64,000 bases of DNA from Podarcis liolepis (taxonomy: Eukaryota): NCBI GenBank assembly GCA_965112155.1, contig OZ218109.1. The stretch is one strand, 5' to 3'. Numbering within the stretch: the first letter of the stretch is position 1; every line of letters starts with the position of its first letter. A program made the position numbers and the translations under genes. Below the pieces are notes generated by a model. The model saw nothing but the letters and a program-made list of their open reading frames with translations. It did not search any database and was not told where the DNA came from. Below are positions 48,131 to 62,094 of the stretch, piece after piece.

Positions 48131-51100
48131 CTCTCACAATAAAAAAACAAGATGACAAAGCTCTTCCAGGACACTTGTGGGGTATGTTAAGGACACATTC
48201 CAGACAGGCAGGATCACTTGATTAGGGTCTACAGTAGGGAGAGTAAGGAGTGTTGTCCTGGGGAGGTTGACTGGAAGAGAATCCCCAGAGCTGGATAGTG
48301 AGGACGAGAGGGCCAAATTCAGACCCTATATCTAAGATTATCCACCCTGTTCTAAGCAGTCATGGGCAGTCTAGCTGCAATATAAATATCATCTGATTCT
48401 TGTGATGTTGTGCACTCTGAGGCACTGGGAAAAATTTAAATGGTGGCTTGATCTATCTACCTTACGGAGCATGTAGTGCCAGGAAGAATTTTGATTCAAA
48501 AGGGAAGATCAAGGGTGAGTTGATGAGACTGTGGGTGTTGCCCAAAGATTCCAAGTGTTGACTCCAGCTCTGTTCTTATCTTCTATCATTTATGCCTGAT
48601 GGGAAAAAATGATGCAACTCCAAATTCACATGCTTTCTGACTGTGTCACATTTTTTACATGTAAAAAAACTGAGATATTTGAAGGATGCATTTATCTGAC
48701 TCTTTCAGTCTTTATAGGTGGACTCCCATATTAAGAAGAACTGGTTCGTCTATTGGATTTAGAAAGGAGAGCTAATTTCGAAAACAAAAACCACCCAACT
48801 TCTAGTAAGTTAAAATGCAATGGGTTGGTATCCAAGGAAGAGAAAAACAAAGGCACTGCTTTCAAACCAGGATCCATCTAATCCAGCCCTCAATCCACAA
48901 CTAGACGTGCCAATCTCAAAACTGAAAGGGAGAAAATTTCTAGCAGTTAACTGCAATAACTAAAGAGTCCAGCAAACCCCAAAAGTGCTCTTTTGAAGGG
49001 ATAACCAAATAAAAAAGCAGAAGCTCTAGAACAATTCAGCATGCGTGATAGACTCGTTTTGAAACCAAATTGACAGAATCATGAACAAATTTCACAGGGC
49101 TGCTTTGAGGACAAAGTGAGATATACTGCTTTGAGATTCTCTAAGGGAAGACAACATAAGGTCCTCCAAAATGCTCTTTAACTCTTCCATAATCCCTCAC
49201 CATTAGTCATGCTGGCTGCAGCTGAAGGGAGCTGAAGTCCAACAACATCTGGAGGGCAGTACATTGGCTACCCCTGCCTCGGGAGAAAGAGCAGAATGAA
49301 TGCATTTTCACCTTAAATATACATGCAAAACTATTTTGCTCAATGGGGCTTCAGTTCATAGAAATGTCAATAGCAATGTGTTGATATGTGCGATGCAAGG
49401 ATGAATTAGGCTATTATAACACTCATCCATTGCTCTTTGTTTCAGTTTGGTTAGCTAACTAGAAGGACAAGACAAAGCATGTTCCCCCCTCCCCCCAATG
49501 TTATCTATTACATTATAAAACATATAAAGGTTTCTTGGAAGCACAGACACTTGACAATTAGAAATATACACTGTATTATGAAAGTTTAGCTTTACAATGG
49601 TCCAACTCATGCTGGACTTTAAAAAGCAGCACAAAACATGAGGAAAAGGTTCCAGAATTATCATTCTCTTCTTGGCTGGCTGCTTTGTGTACTGGAAAGC
49701 ATTCGACAGCACAAAATACTCATTTGGGACTAGTATTCAATTGTGCCAACAAGCCAGCAACAGCTAACAATTCAGAATCAATAGGCAGCCATGTGCTGCT
49801 GCCAAAATGGTACATTTGCCATTGGTACATTTGGCCTCAAATGACAGTGGATGCCAGATACTAAACTGCACACAGGGGGATGTACAACCCGTTGGTTAAA
49901 ATCAACAATGTAAACAATAAGAGACAGTACATTAAACATGAAAGCCCTAAATATTGCATTTTCTGAACCAATTTTGGATGGATTGTTTGATAAATGATGC
50001 ATTGTACAGTCACACTCAAGATCTTTGTGGCACCATCCCTCCTGAAATTACACTGGCGTTCCTGTAAAACTGCATTTCAATACCTGCATAACTACCTGGA
50101 TAAACATCGTTTTGAATGGGCATCTAAAAGATGGCAGTGAATACAGCTACACTTCACAGGTTGATTTGAAACAATCAGTTCCAACTGGAGCTGAAATGAA
50201 TTTGCTCCCCAAAATTCTCAAAAATGCAGATTTTTGCTCTTTAATATTTGCCAGTCATTGAATATTTCCCAAATATTAACCCAGCATTTGATATCTTACG
50301 TAGTGGGACCTCAAAGAGCATGTTACCCTAATGCAAGAGCATCTGCCTTGATGCCCTGATGGAAGGATTGAGAACCTGTGGCCCTCCAGATTATGTTGGA
50401 CTCCAAATCCCATGATTCTATGAGCCAGCATTGTCAATAGTTATAGATGATAGGAGTTGGAGTCCAATAGCATCTAGAGGGTCACAAGTTCTCTGGCATC
50501 GTCTAGCTGCATTCCATGATATCAGGGTTGAAGGTGAATCATGACTAATCCCTATGTGAGTAATATGTGAACAGGGCTCCTATGAGATTTGTACCAAATC
50601 ATCCATTTGTTCTCCAGAATACATTACTGGGCAAGATGGGAGATTCCAGACGGGATAGCCTAAGACTAAGGACCTTTCATCCTCAAAGGATGAAACGAGA
50701 ATCGCACCCAAAAGAGTGTTGATGTGGATTGGGATCTTTTGTTTCTTTCTAGCTGAGAAAGCAGGACAAGCTGCAATTCTCACTGCTGCTAACTACAGAT
50801 AACCGCCTATATCCCCAAAGAAAAATGCAGCCTACCTGTGAAAGCTGTCAATCAAACCTAACAAGGAGTAGTGCATAATTTATCAATGTTAATAGCCTTT
50901 GGGGCATTTCTGAAAGAATTAATCTAAACAGTCAAACAATTTATCACATCAAACTACATAAAATGCACTTTTAATTAATAAATGGAAATTCTATTGCTTT
51001 TACAGCTGCAGGAGATCAATCCATTTTTTACCTTCAGACTATAGTTTGGGTTTCTTTAATGGCTTTTAATGGGTTCTGCTCCCTGATCTAAGCTTCAGCA

Positions 51101-51883
51101 CTTGCTTCCTGGAAGACTTTCTGTACTTTGTGGCATAAGCTCACAGCCTCTTTGGAAAACTTTCACCGAGAGATTGCCACGCAAACAATCATTCTCTGGT
51201 TTTACTGAAAGGCATTATTCATTACTCCTGAGTTGACCTCTTTGGCCCAACTCCATAAAGTAATAATGTTACTGCAATGTAAAGAAGTTCTCATCAATAG
51301 ATGATGGTAGGAGTCCCTTTAGTTAAAGCCATTCGACTGTTAAGAGTGAAGCATATACATCAGCTCTGTAGTATGATTGCCTACTAAGTAGTACTGCCAT
51401 CCATAAATTTGAAAGCATTTCACACTGTATAAAATGTTTTGATGTCTTAGACACAGTAACAATTTGTGATTAAAGTTACATTTGAGGTTAACATAATACT
51501 ATAATATTATATTGGATGATATCTTATTAGTGGGCACCCTTTTTCAAAATAGTTGTTTGTGATAAATCTCTCACACAATGATCTCAAACGTGGTTAAAAC
51601 AATAGTCCTCAACCCACTTTTGAAGCAGTCGATTTGGTACCAGAGAAAAAAAGCCAAGTGATCTGGTAACTACTTTCAAATTATCAATAAAAGCCACTCA
51701 TCAGGCCTAGCATGTCGCAGCAGAAGGCAAAAGGTGCGATCTAGGATGATTGTAGGATGACTGCGTTGCTTAACTGCCTTTGAAATGGATAAAACTGAAT
51801 GTTTAACCAGAGTGTCACCAATTTGTATTTATTTCTTATTTCAAAGTAAAAGGTCATTGGCATAAAATTAAGCTACTCACTCC

Positions 51884-52258
51884 ACTCGCTAGACGAAGGA
51901 GTTTTTCGTTTTCTTAGCCACTTCGCAAGACGCATTTCCCTATGGGCTTGCTTCGCAAAACGAAGCTTGCCCCGCAAGCTCTGGGGATAGCGGGGAAGCG
52001 CATCGCGTCTTCCCTGCTGTCCCTGGACCTCTTTTGAAGCAAGGGGTGGCGGGGAGAAGATCGCTTCTCCCCGTTGCCAGCTCCACAATCTCCGGGAAGG
52101 CGCGCGGCACTTCCCCTCTGTCCCCGGACGGTCTCCATAGGAACACATTGATTGATTTTCAATGCATTCCTATGGGAAACCGTGCTTCGCAAAACGAAAA
52201 ACTCGCAAGAAGAAAAAACTTGCGGAACGAATTAATTTCATCTTGCGAGGCACCACTG
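51884..52258. mobile_element. Tc1/mariner MITE related to 16565 and 57123, left end truncated
   Basis: Right TIR TCTTGCGAGGCACCACTG followed by TA; shared CGCAAGACG and CCTATGGG subterminal motifs. Confidence 0.8.
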
Positions 52259-53617
52259 TATTCAGGCCAATATGGTATCAGCAATTAACTTCCTAGAAGG
52301 TGGAAACCTTCGGTCTGTCATTGTGACCTCTTTGGCTTTACTCTTTATTCAACTCTCCATCCACATTCAAGCCAGCAAGTTGGTATAAAGATCAGATATT
52401 CATTGGCCCAGGACCAGCATTCGTAAAGCGAATGAAAATGTACAATAATTTAAGCATGCTCAAAATGCATCACATATGCTAACATAGTAATACTTAAAAA
52501 CAGGCCTGCAAAGCCATATTCATCATTCCTGCATTGCAGAAGAAGCCCTACTTAGTGAGGTCATGGCTGAGGTGAGCCTTGAACCAGCAAGTTCATGGAT
52601 CAAAGTTAATTCTCTTAGCTACTATAATATATCAGCTGTCCAGAAACGCCTACTTTTTAAGTTGCCAGTGTTTTTTGTGTTCTTTCTAAGAACATGCTCA
52701 TATCAGTAGATGAACTATTCTCTGTAAATCATTAGTAATTAAAAATAATTGTGGCCGGGCAACCAAACAATAGACTCATAATATAAAAGCAAATGGTATG
52801 CCCTAGTGACAGGTCTCTGTAACAATCTCTTGTACCATTGGGTGATATTTACCATATGTCCCATGATTGATAGTAAGATTTAATGAGTTCTTACAAGCAA
52901 TTAAATAATCAAGGGTTCCTGCTGTTATATGGCAGAGCTCGATAGAACAATGACAAATGAGAGAATATCTACAACCTAATCAAAGGGACATATTTCCTTG
53001 GGAACAAAATAATATTATCTACCAGTGCAATCAAAGGACAAAAGGACCCAGGGAGGACACAACAGAACGTGATAACTTTGGTGTTCTTTTCATTAGCTAG
53101 CTATACTGTTTCCTATTTAATGGATCCTATTAAATCGGAAAGGGAGTTAGGCAAGTTAAATTTCCTTAAATTTTCATGACCCATTGATTTATATCCAACA
53201 GATTTTTTAGATGTAGTTTATATTATATGCCTGGTCACATTAACTCTTGTTCATCTCATAATAGTTTTACCTGCTTATTCTTTTAGTGCTCTTTTAAATA
53301 TATCAGGTCAGCATTGTACAGTAGCCTGTTCAGTTTTAATTTGTCGTGTAAACAGGCAACCTCAAATCTGTGACTCAGTGGCAATCTCGTTAAATCTTTT
53401 TGATTAGCTCATCATTGGTACAATTTCCACCATGTTATTCCTCTGTCTACTGATATTAAGTGATCTGCACTTGTATATGTTTATGAGAAAATAATAACCC
53501 ATCATGAAAAAAGGGGAAGCGCCAGAGATTTCACAAAAAAGTATTTCAGCAACTCTGACCTCACTTTTATTTCAGAACAACTAGAGACAAAAGTACAAAG
53601 TTTGATTATGTCTTTTT

Positions 53618-54006
53618 AAAAAAATTAATTTGATTTTCAAAAAGAAAGAAAAGAAAGAACAAAAAAGAAAAAGAAAAAAGAAAAAGTTACATCAAAATGT
53701 CATACATATTCACATATCGAGATTACCGTACTCTCCATCTCCTGATTTCCTGCCATCCCATCCATGGGTCCTCTTAATTCTGTTTTCATCTGCATACATC
53801 AATACTTCTCCAAATTTTTCATTTTCCTAAATTATCTGTAGTTTCTATTACATTACAAGTGTATTTAAAATCCTGCTAATGTTTTGACCTGTTTGCAATG
53901 ATTTTGTATATACATTATCAACATTTCCCATTCTTTTTTCAATTTCTTGTCTTCTTGTTTCCTGAGCTTCCCAGTTAATTTTGCCATTTCAGCATAGTCC
54001 ATCAAC
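53618..54006 (-). mobile_element. 5'-truncated L1 (ORF2 end and 3'UTR)
   Basis: Minus strand encodes LMDYAEMAKLTGKLRKQEDKKLKKEWE; TSD TTGATTATGTCTTTTT (53602-53617, 54007-54022). Confidence 0.85.
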
Positions 54007-55082
54007 TTGATTATGTCTTTTTAACAGCTCTGCTTTCAAGCAAATGCACTAAAACCCTAGCTGCCTTATACAAAAGTCAGACTATTGGCTCAGGGGTTCT
54101 CCAGGATTTTGGATTACCATCTCTCCAAACCTGCTTGGAGATGCCAGAGATTTAAACTGGGACTTTTTTTCAAGCAAAGCAGATACTCCAGAAATGAGTT
54201 AAAGCCCTTCTTTCATCATGATAAAAGACAGCATATAAGTGTATTTAATAAATCATGACAACATACTTCTGCATGTATGTCCCTTACACAAATGAAAACA
54301 TATTGGGCATACATGTGGTGCTTAAATAAACACACGGTGTACCACTCAGCTATCAACAGAGTGCATGAGTTCAACGGACAAAAGCAGAGCTAACTCTATC
54401 TGATTAAACTCCTTAATTAGGACTTCAAGTGCATTATGCAGAAAGTAATATATGAGTTAACTGCAAAGCTGTGCTGGCATTCCTTGATATCTGAGAAAAG
54501 ATACATCAAAAAGCAAAAGAAAGAAAAGAAAGAAAGTGTGTGTGTGTTTTAAAACACGCACGCGCACACAATATGAATCAACAGCTGTTGACTACTCACT
54601 TAATATCAGGTTTGAAAATCCTGACAAAAATACATTAAAATGTTCAAGACTTTGCAAAAATTGTTTCGAGACAGATCTGTACCTGTCAGAAAATATAAGT
54701 GCTAGCTATAGAAGTACCACAGCTATCACACATAATGTCATAAGGTGTTAGATGGTGTGCAGAATGCAGATGAAAAGATCAGAGAAATATTGCAGAGATA
54801 ATAGATCAATCAAGAACTGCAAAATCCTGTAACCATCTGCTGACAGCAGGTTCCTTCTTTGAATACTTATTTTTAAGTTTATTGTAGAAATATGCCATAA
54901 CTTAGCAAGGATGGGGGGGGGAGCAGTTTAAACTGATTTAGAAAATCTTCTTCTTAAAATGATGTAGTTATATGTAGGTATATGCTCATATTTTTTTAAA
55001 GTCTGCCTATTCAGCTATTAGTTGGAATCATTTTATGCTCTATACTACAGCTGGCTTGCTGATATTGCCTTGTGTATCATAC

Positions 55083-55717
55083 CTAGCAATGAAGGAGAAA
55101 TTTGATTCACTTTTAAAGGCAAATCTACGCAACTCATGCTCTCTGAAACAGTAAAAGAGCTGAAATGCAACCATCCTTCAAAATCCACACTTCTCTGAAT
55201 TTTGCTGTGCAGTTCTCCAGACAAGTAATGTGTACAAAGATCCATGTACTGTGGTAAAGTGTGCATAAAAATGTGTACCGTATATTCGTGGAAATGACAT
55301 GCATACATATATTTATTTATTTATTATTTCATAGAATGTATACACTGCTTGCTTGTAAAAAATTAAATAAATGTCAAAGCATTTTTTTGAGAGCAAAAAC
55401 ATTGAGATGAAGAAAAACCCACAACCCCTACTTTAAAACGTACAAAAGCTAAAATACAAAAACAGATTGAAATTACCTCAGCTTTCTAAGCATCGGGGTA
55501 GGCTTATCTAAACACAAATGTTTTTAGCATGTGCTAGGGGAAATATTCGTAATAGGCAAAATCACATACCAAAAAAAAATAAAAAAATGTGCATATTAGG
55601 AGAAATGCTTTAAAAATAGAAAACTCAGACCGAGGTGGAAATGTGGAGAGCTGAATGTTAAGACTGGAACAATGTGAAAACAAGAGAAACCAAAATGGAC
55701 AAATTCACCCACTCCTA
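55083..55717 (+). mobile_element. Old hAT-like element interrupted by a minus-strand L2 tail (~55310-55535)
   Basis: Family head GGAGAAATTTGATTCAC.. and tail AAATTCACCCACTCCTA, with an intervening (TTTA)n-led L2-like segment. Confidence 0.55.
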
Positions 55718-55937
55718 CGCAAATTTGATGCTGTCAGCTTCTGTGAACTGTTCCCACTGCCCCATTTTCTAAATGACTTGGAGCCAAGTTTCCTGAAGGA
55801 TCACCTCCACCTGTCCACATTTTGACCAGAGGTCCTTCTTCACGTTTCCCTGCCTGAAGGGGTAAAGCAGGTGTCAAGGCTCTGCCAAGGCTTAGGAAAG
55901 CTATTCCTCCCCCAGTTGCAGCAGAGAAAACAAGGTA

Positions 55938-56180
55938 CAGTCATACCTTGGGCTGCGAACTCTGCGGGTTGCGCATTTTCGGGTTGTGGACTGCGCCAAA
56001 CCCGGAAGTACTGGAATGGGTTACTTCCAGGTTTCGCTGCATGCGCAGAAGCACAAAATGATGTCAAGAGCATGCTCAGAAGCACCAAATTGCATCATGC
56101 GCATGCGTGCGCAGACACAGCTCTGCGGGTTGCGAACGTGCCTCTCGCATGGATCACGCTCGCAACCCGAGGTATGACTG
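55938..56180. mobile_element. Tc1/mariner MITE
   Basis: TIRs CAGTCATACCTTGGGCTGCGA / TCGCAACCCGAGGTATGACTG with TA TSD. Confidence 0.9.
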
Positions 56181-57122
56181 TATTTTTAATGAGTTTTATT
56201 CAATCCGAATAGCGAGAGGCAAAAGAACGCAACAAGCCTCAACAATGGTGTTGCTCCAAACTGGGCTCCTCCTCCCTCCATCCTAGCAACAGCATCTTCC
56301 TTTACGGCGTCCACTTGTGGCCAAATGTCTCTGAGTCCTTTGTTCCTGTACTCTTAACAAACGTCGCATTCTGGGAGAAGGGGGATCAGAAATGCTCTCC
56401 AGTGACAACGTGTCATTTAGTTTCCCCTCTGCAGCCCCCCCTTATCCTTCCAACACTGCCCAACTTCTCTGTTTGTCTATTTCTGAGCTGTGACCTTCCT
56501 CAAACTCCTCAAAGCCCTGCTGTAATTCAGCGCTGCCTTCCCCCTCTCCTGCAGCGTCAGGAGAAGGGGGGCATGATCTCCACCACTCCTCCTCCTCCTC
56601 CATCTCCCTCTCTTGAGCCCAATCCCTGACAGCAGGTAACAACTAGACCATTACAACTAGACCAGAGGTAGATAACTCCCTATTCGGAGAACTGAACCAG
56701 CCAGAGAACATTGTTAATAGACTGCCAATATTTGTCAAAATAAATCAATAAAATCACAAGGCGTCTGTCTGGAAAGGCTCCCCAGGAAAGAAAGTTTCAT
56801 GACGAGGTTGCCACCACAAAAATGGTTTTATTTCTCATCTCTTTCAGCCTAATGTGACATAAATAAGAGATTTGGAGCAAGGGTCTGTTGCTCGAACAGT
56901 AGAGTGCTGTTGTTTATGTTCAGCTTTCAAACTTCCCATAGGCATCTGGCTGGCCACTGGGAGATGTTGGATTAGATGGTCCATTGGCCTGAACCAATAG
57001 ACTCATCTTATGTTCTGTATGTACAGATGAGCTCATCCATTATTTTATACACTATTAAGCCAACACTTGTAATGTCACCAGGCTGTACCCCTATATTCCA
57101 TTATATAGGCGGCAATCCTGTA

Positions 57123-57467
57123 CAGTGGTGCCTCGCAAGACGAAAAGAATCCGTTCTGTGATTCTCTTCGTCTAGCGTTTTTTTTGTCTTGCGAAGCAAG
57201 CCCATTGAAGGATTAGCGGATTAGCGCTATTAGCGCTATTAGCGGCTTTTAGCGGCTTTTAGCGGCTTATCTGCTGATCGGATCAGCTGATAAGTGGCTT
57301 AGAAAAAGGGGGGGAGGGAAAAAAACCAGCAGGAACTCGCAAGACATTGTCATCTTGCGAAGCAAGCCCGTAGGAAATTCGTTTTGCGAAGCACCTCCAA
57401 AACGGAAAACTCTTTCGTCTAGCGAGTTTTCCGTCTTGCAAGGCATTCCTCTTGCGGGGCACCACTG
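57123..57467. mobile_element. Tc1/mariner MITE with internal TTAGCGG array
   Basis: TIRs CAGTGGTGCCTCGCAAGA / TCTTGCGGGGCACCACTG with TA TSD; paralogue of 16565-16916. Confidence 0.9.
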
Positions 57468-57814
57468 TATTCCTTTTCCTAGGAGTAAGCACAATGAGAC
57501 TTACTTTTTAGAAAGCATGCATAGGATCATGCTGTTAAGTGGAGCACTTGAAGCAGCAGTGGAGATTTTACATACATTTCAAGCTTTTCCCTGATCTGTT
57601 GAATAAGAGCAAGACTCGAATATAACTTATCTTCTCCCCCCCCAACTCCCCCCCCCATCAAAATGAATTCCATATGCGGTGGCAAAAGTCAACAGCTGAT
57701 ACTAAACGAGCTAATTTTTAAAGAACTAAGTGAGAAAAGTGCTACAATCTGTCAGCTTTAAATTCTTACTACTTATTCACAATCAATAAATTCACAAAAA
57801 TTACACACCTCATT

Positions 57815-57946
57815 NNNNNNNNNNNNNNNNNNNNNNNNNNNNNNNNNNNNNNNNNNNNNNNNNNNNNNNNNNNNNNNNNNNNNNNNNNNNNNNNNNNNNN
57901 NNNNNNNNNNNNNNNNNNNNNNNNNNNNNNNNNNNNNNNNNNNNNN
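57815..57946. other. Assembly gap
   Basis: N run. Confidence 0.95.
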
Positions 57947-58559
57947 TTAGGTTGGTTCCCACCATTACCTTTCAATAAGGGAAGACGTGTCTGTGGAGAA
58001 ATGTGGTTGTATCGAGCTACTGAGCTGAAACACAAAGGTAGGCAAAATATGTTGTTTACATTAGCCTGCTCTGGTTTCCTGTCATAAAGTCCTGTTTACC
58101 TGAAAGGGAAGGACAGGCCCCCTCACTGTTCTGCCCCACCCCACCAAAGAAATAATCAGCTTAAAGCAGTCATTAAGCATAAATAATACAAGTCAATGCA
58201 GTCATTATTATAAGCAAGGAATCGTTATGTCCAGATCAGCTTCTCTTGCATAAGGTCTCCCTGCTTTCGCAAAGAGAAGCAGCAGCAGAAAAGTTTGAAA
58301 ACACCCCCAGACTTAGGTTGTGTACACATTACCATTTACTCTGGCTCCAGTGTGCTCCCACAGCTGGTGTTTGAAGCTGAGTACACATGACATTAGGCAC
58401 AATCCATATGTATCCTGTCGTTTCTTGAGAAATACTGCTGTCTGATAAGTTTACCCTCAAACCAGCTTCCATCTGATTTGAAAACGTAAGCTGAAGTGTG
58501 AACATTTGAGATATCCCATTACGCATGCACAGATGTCAGTGCATGCGCAGACGACAGCA

Positions 58560-58985
58560 TTATTATTAGTATTAATTGAATTTATACACCGCCCTATACC
58601 CAGAGGTCTCAGGGCGGTTCACATAATAAAATCCAAATATAAAATCACAAAATACATAATCAAAATAAAAACAGCAACCCAACCACCCCCACATTTTAAA
58701 AGGGCATAGGATGTAAATCGAATCAACCAAAGGCCATGGTTAAAAAGGAACATTTTTGCCTGGCGCCTAAAGGTGTATAATGAAGGCACCAGGTGAAATT
58801 CCCTGGGGAGAGCATTCCACAGATGGGGAGCCACTGCAGAGAAGGCCCGGTCTCATGTTTCCACCCTCAAGACCTCTCGAGGAAGAGGCACATGAAGAAG
58901 GGCCTCAGAAGATGATCTCAGGGTCCAGGTAGGTTCATATGGAAAGAGGCGGTCCTTGAGGTGTTGTGGTCCTGAGTCATTTAAT
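58560..58985 (-). mobile_element. L2 LINE 3' end
   Basis: Minus strand reads AFSAVAPHLWNALPREFHLVPSLYTFRRQAKMFLF, followed by a 3'UTR and (AAT)n tail. Confidence 0.9.
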
Positions 58986-59111
58986 AGGAGTCCAAGGGTT
59001 TGCAGGCATGGAAAAACAAATTACTCAATGGATGTTGAAGATGTCCTTGCCATCTCTCTCTGATGTGTACAGCAAGTGCAAATGTCGGGTCATTAAAACA
59101 AAAAGTGACGG

Positions 59112-60222
59112 TGAAGATCTCCAAACAGAGTGACTGGGTGGTAAAATGGCAAATGCAATTCAGTGTAAACATGTGTAAAGTGATGCAAGGAAAACATATT
59201 TTCATGGGGTCTAAACTGGCGGTGATTGACCTGGAGACTTTGAAGTCATCGTAGATAGCTCAGTGAATATGTCGACCCAATGTATTACAGCTGTGAAAAA
59301 GGCAAATTCCATGCTAGGGATCATCAGTAAAGGAATTGAAAATAAAATTGCCAGCATCATAATCTCCTTATAAAAATCTATGGTGTGACCACATTTGGAA
59401 TACTGCGTAATGTTCTGGTGGCCTCACCTCAAGAAGGATATCGCTGAGTTAGAAAAGGTTCGGTAAAGGCAACCAAAATGTTTAAGAGGATGGAGCAGCT
59501 CCCTGATGAAGAAAGGTTGCAGCATTTAGGACTTTTTAGCTTAGAAAAAATGTAAGAGGCAAGATGGTGGAATTCTATAAAATTATGCATGGCATGGAGA
59601 AAGTGTATAGAGAAAGGTTTTTCTCCCTCTCTCATAAGACTACAGCCCCATGAAGCTTAATGTTGGAAAATTAAGGACAGATAAAAGAAAGTACTTTTCA
59701 CGAAGCACATAGTTCAGGGGTCAGCAAACTTTTTCAGCAGGGGGCCGGTCCACTGTCCCTCAGACCTTGTGGGGGGCTGGACTATATTTGGGGGGAAAAA
59801 TATGAATGAATTCCTATGCCCCACAAATAACCCAGAGATGCATTTTAAATAAAAGGACACATTCTACTCATGTAAAAACAAGCTGATTCCCGGACCGTCC
59901 GCGGGCTGGATTTAGAAGGCGATTGGGCCGGATCTGGCCCCCGGACCTTAGTTTGCCTACCCATGACATAGTTAGATGGCTTTAAAAGAGGACTGGACAA
60001 ATTCATGGAGGAGAAATCTATAAATAGCTACTAGCCCCTTGAGCTGTGCTCTGCCTCCACAGCTGAAGCCAACAGTGGTTCTGAAGGCCAGCTGCATACC
60101 AGACCACAGGAGGGGAAAGTGCTTGAGTGTTTCCCTGATGCATCTGGTTGGCCACTGGGAGAACAGGATGCTGAACTATATGGGTCATTAGCCTGAACCA
60201 GCAGGGATCTTCTTGAGTTCTT
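59112..60222 (+). mobile_element. CR1 LINE 3' region (degenerate) with a nested hAT MITE
   Basis: DWVVKWQMQFSVNMCKVM, AVKKANSMLGII, HLEYCVMFW and EKV motifs of CR1 ORF2, then the 3'UTR. Confidence 0.9.
59715..59965. mobile_element. hAT-Charlie MITE
   Basis: CAGGGGTCAGCAAACT / AGTTTGCCTACCCATG termini and an exact 8-bp TSD ACATAGTT (59707-59714, 59966-59973). Confidence 0.9.
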
Positions 60223-62094
60223 AGAAGCCCCAGCCAACATGGTAAATGAGCAGTGATGATTGGAGTTGTAGACCCAGAAACATCTAGGAGGGACACAGGT
60301 TCCCCACCCTTGATCTGAATATTAGCTCCAGCATGGAGTTGCTGTCAAAGCTTCGGTAGGCTGTCCAAGGCATTGAAGTGGTGACCTAAAGGTTTCAAGA
60401 AGTAAATCCCACTAAAGTCAATCAACGGCTTCTGCTGCTTCTCCAGCATAGCATTTCCTTGACCTAAAAGGAAAATTGAACTATCCATGGTAGTTCAGTT
60501 CGATTTATTGTGTTTAACGAGCAGCCATTACACACATTACAAATAATAACAAGAATACTGCTAATAATAGTGGTTTACATTTCTACTCCCTGAGCTTTAC
60601 AGGATAAATCATTTCCCATTCGCCCTTTACATGAATTTGCAAAGCCTTGGCAAAGAATTTGGATGTTCTAAAGGATATATACCTCTTCATCAGACAACAA
60701 AAAACAGGTCTTTGTAAGAGACGTCCTTCCCTTCTGCAATCTTAACAATGGGTAGATGTATCTATGGTAGTATGTGTGCAGAACATGCTTCTGCCCCTCT
60801 TATTAATGACTCACAGGTCTCTGCAGTTCACTGAAAAGCTACCGCCTGCCTCTCAGTGGTCTCTCGTTAAAGACCAAAATCAAAGAGTAGGCATCTATGC
60901 TTGCAATAATAATAGTAAATCTAACCTATTAATAGTAAGAGTTTTGGGAAGTAGTTATAATTTATCTGTCATGAGGAGCAATAGAAAACTGCAGAGGTGA
61001 TAAACAGCATAACCATAGCAAGGTCCTTGGGGTGACGAGCCTATTGCCAAGAGTTGTGTGGCTTTGGGAGAAAAATGACATATATTTTGCATGTGTATTT
61101 CTCTAGAGGGGCTGTGCCAAATAGATACATATTTCAAATGGCTAAATGAGTGTTCTGTAGCCCTATCTATGGGTGGCCTACTCTGTTGCGGTTTCTTGTA
61201 CTGATAGCAACACTTTTCTTGGTAGAGCTAGCTGCATAACCTGGAGTGTGTTCAGTGGGTCGTGTGGTAGTGTGATTTCATGTGTTGTATTTTATCTTGT
61301 CAAGTCACTTTGGGACTCTTTATGGTGTAAAGCAACTGATGAATGTAAATAATCATAAATACCATAGGAAGGGCTGTAACTCAGTGTTAGAGAACCTGCT
61401 CTGCATTCAGTAGGTCCCATTTTCAAGACTGAACTGGGTGGGCCAATCACCTGACTAGGTATAAAGCACCTTTCTAATGTAAAATCAGGTTTTGCTCTGA
61501 GAGACTTTATTCCCCCCCCCCCCCGCTGCCATCATTCTGAGATATAATCATTATACAATTTGCAGAGATTTCACTTCTGTTCCTTTCTTTTAAAAAAGGA
61601 TCTTTTGAATGCAGCTGTCTTGACAAAAGACGAAGAACTGTCATATTAGTTTCATATCTGTGCTGTTTAAGGATGTGTTTGAAATTTAAGTAGTGTTTTA
61701 TTTATCACTCTTAGGCACATTTGCTCTGATAAATTCAGCCTTTATACTGTGTCATATCCACTCCCGTCAAGGCTGGCTTTTCATATCTTAAACAGTCGAA
61801 GTTGCCTCATAAACAAGCCTCAGCCAGGGCACAATTCTGGAAACAGTTAAGCAGGAAAGTTTCTGCAACGCCCTCTTCATTGAGGATCAAGATGTCACAT
61901 TTTCCTAGAAGAGCAGAAAAGATAACAGCACAAAGCTTGCAGAGCTAGAGGTAACTACAGAATTCCTTTGTGGCAGGGAAGAAACATAAGGCCACCAATT
62001 CATCTGGAAGAGTGAAATAATACTGGGGAGGGGAGGGCTGTGTGTGTAGAAAGAAATACAGAGAAAAAATAGGTCCCCGCCCCATCCACTGAAC

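Noticed and set aside
48718-48804. Plus-strand exon-like segment (TTTATAG|..|GTAAGT)
   Set aside because: It has stop codons in all three frames and no other support.
60664-60693. Second hammerhead (minus strand CUGAUGA-AGAGG..CCUUU-AGAAC)
   Set aside because: It lacks the GAAA box and a properly placed cleavage triplet, and has no PLE context.
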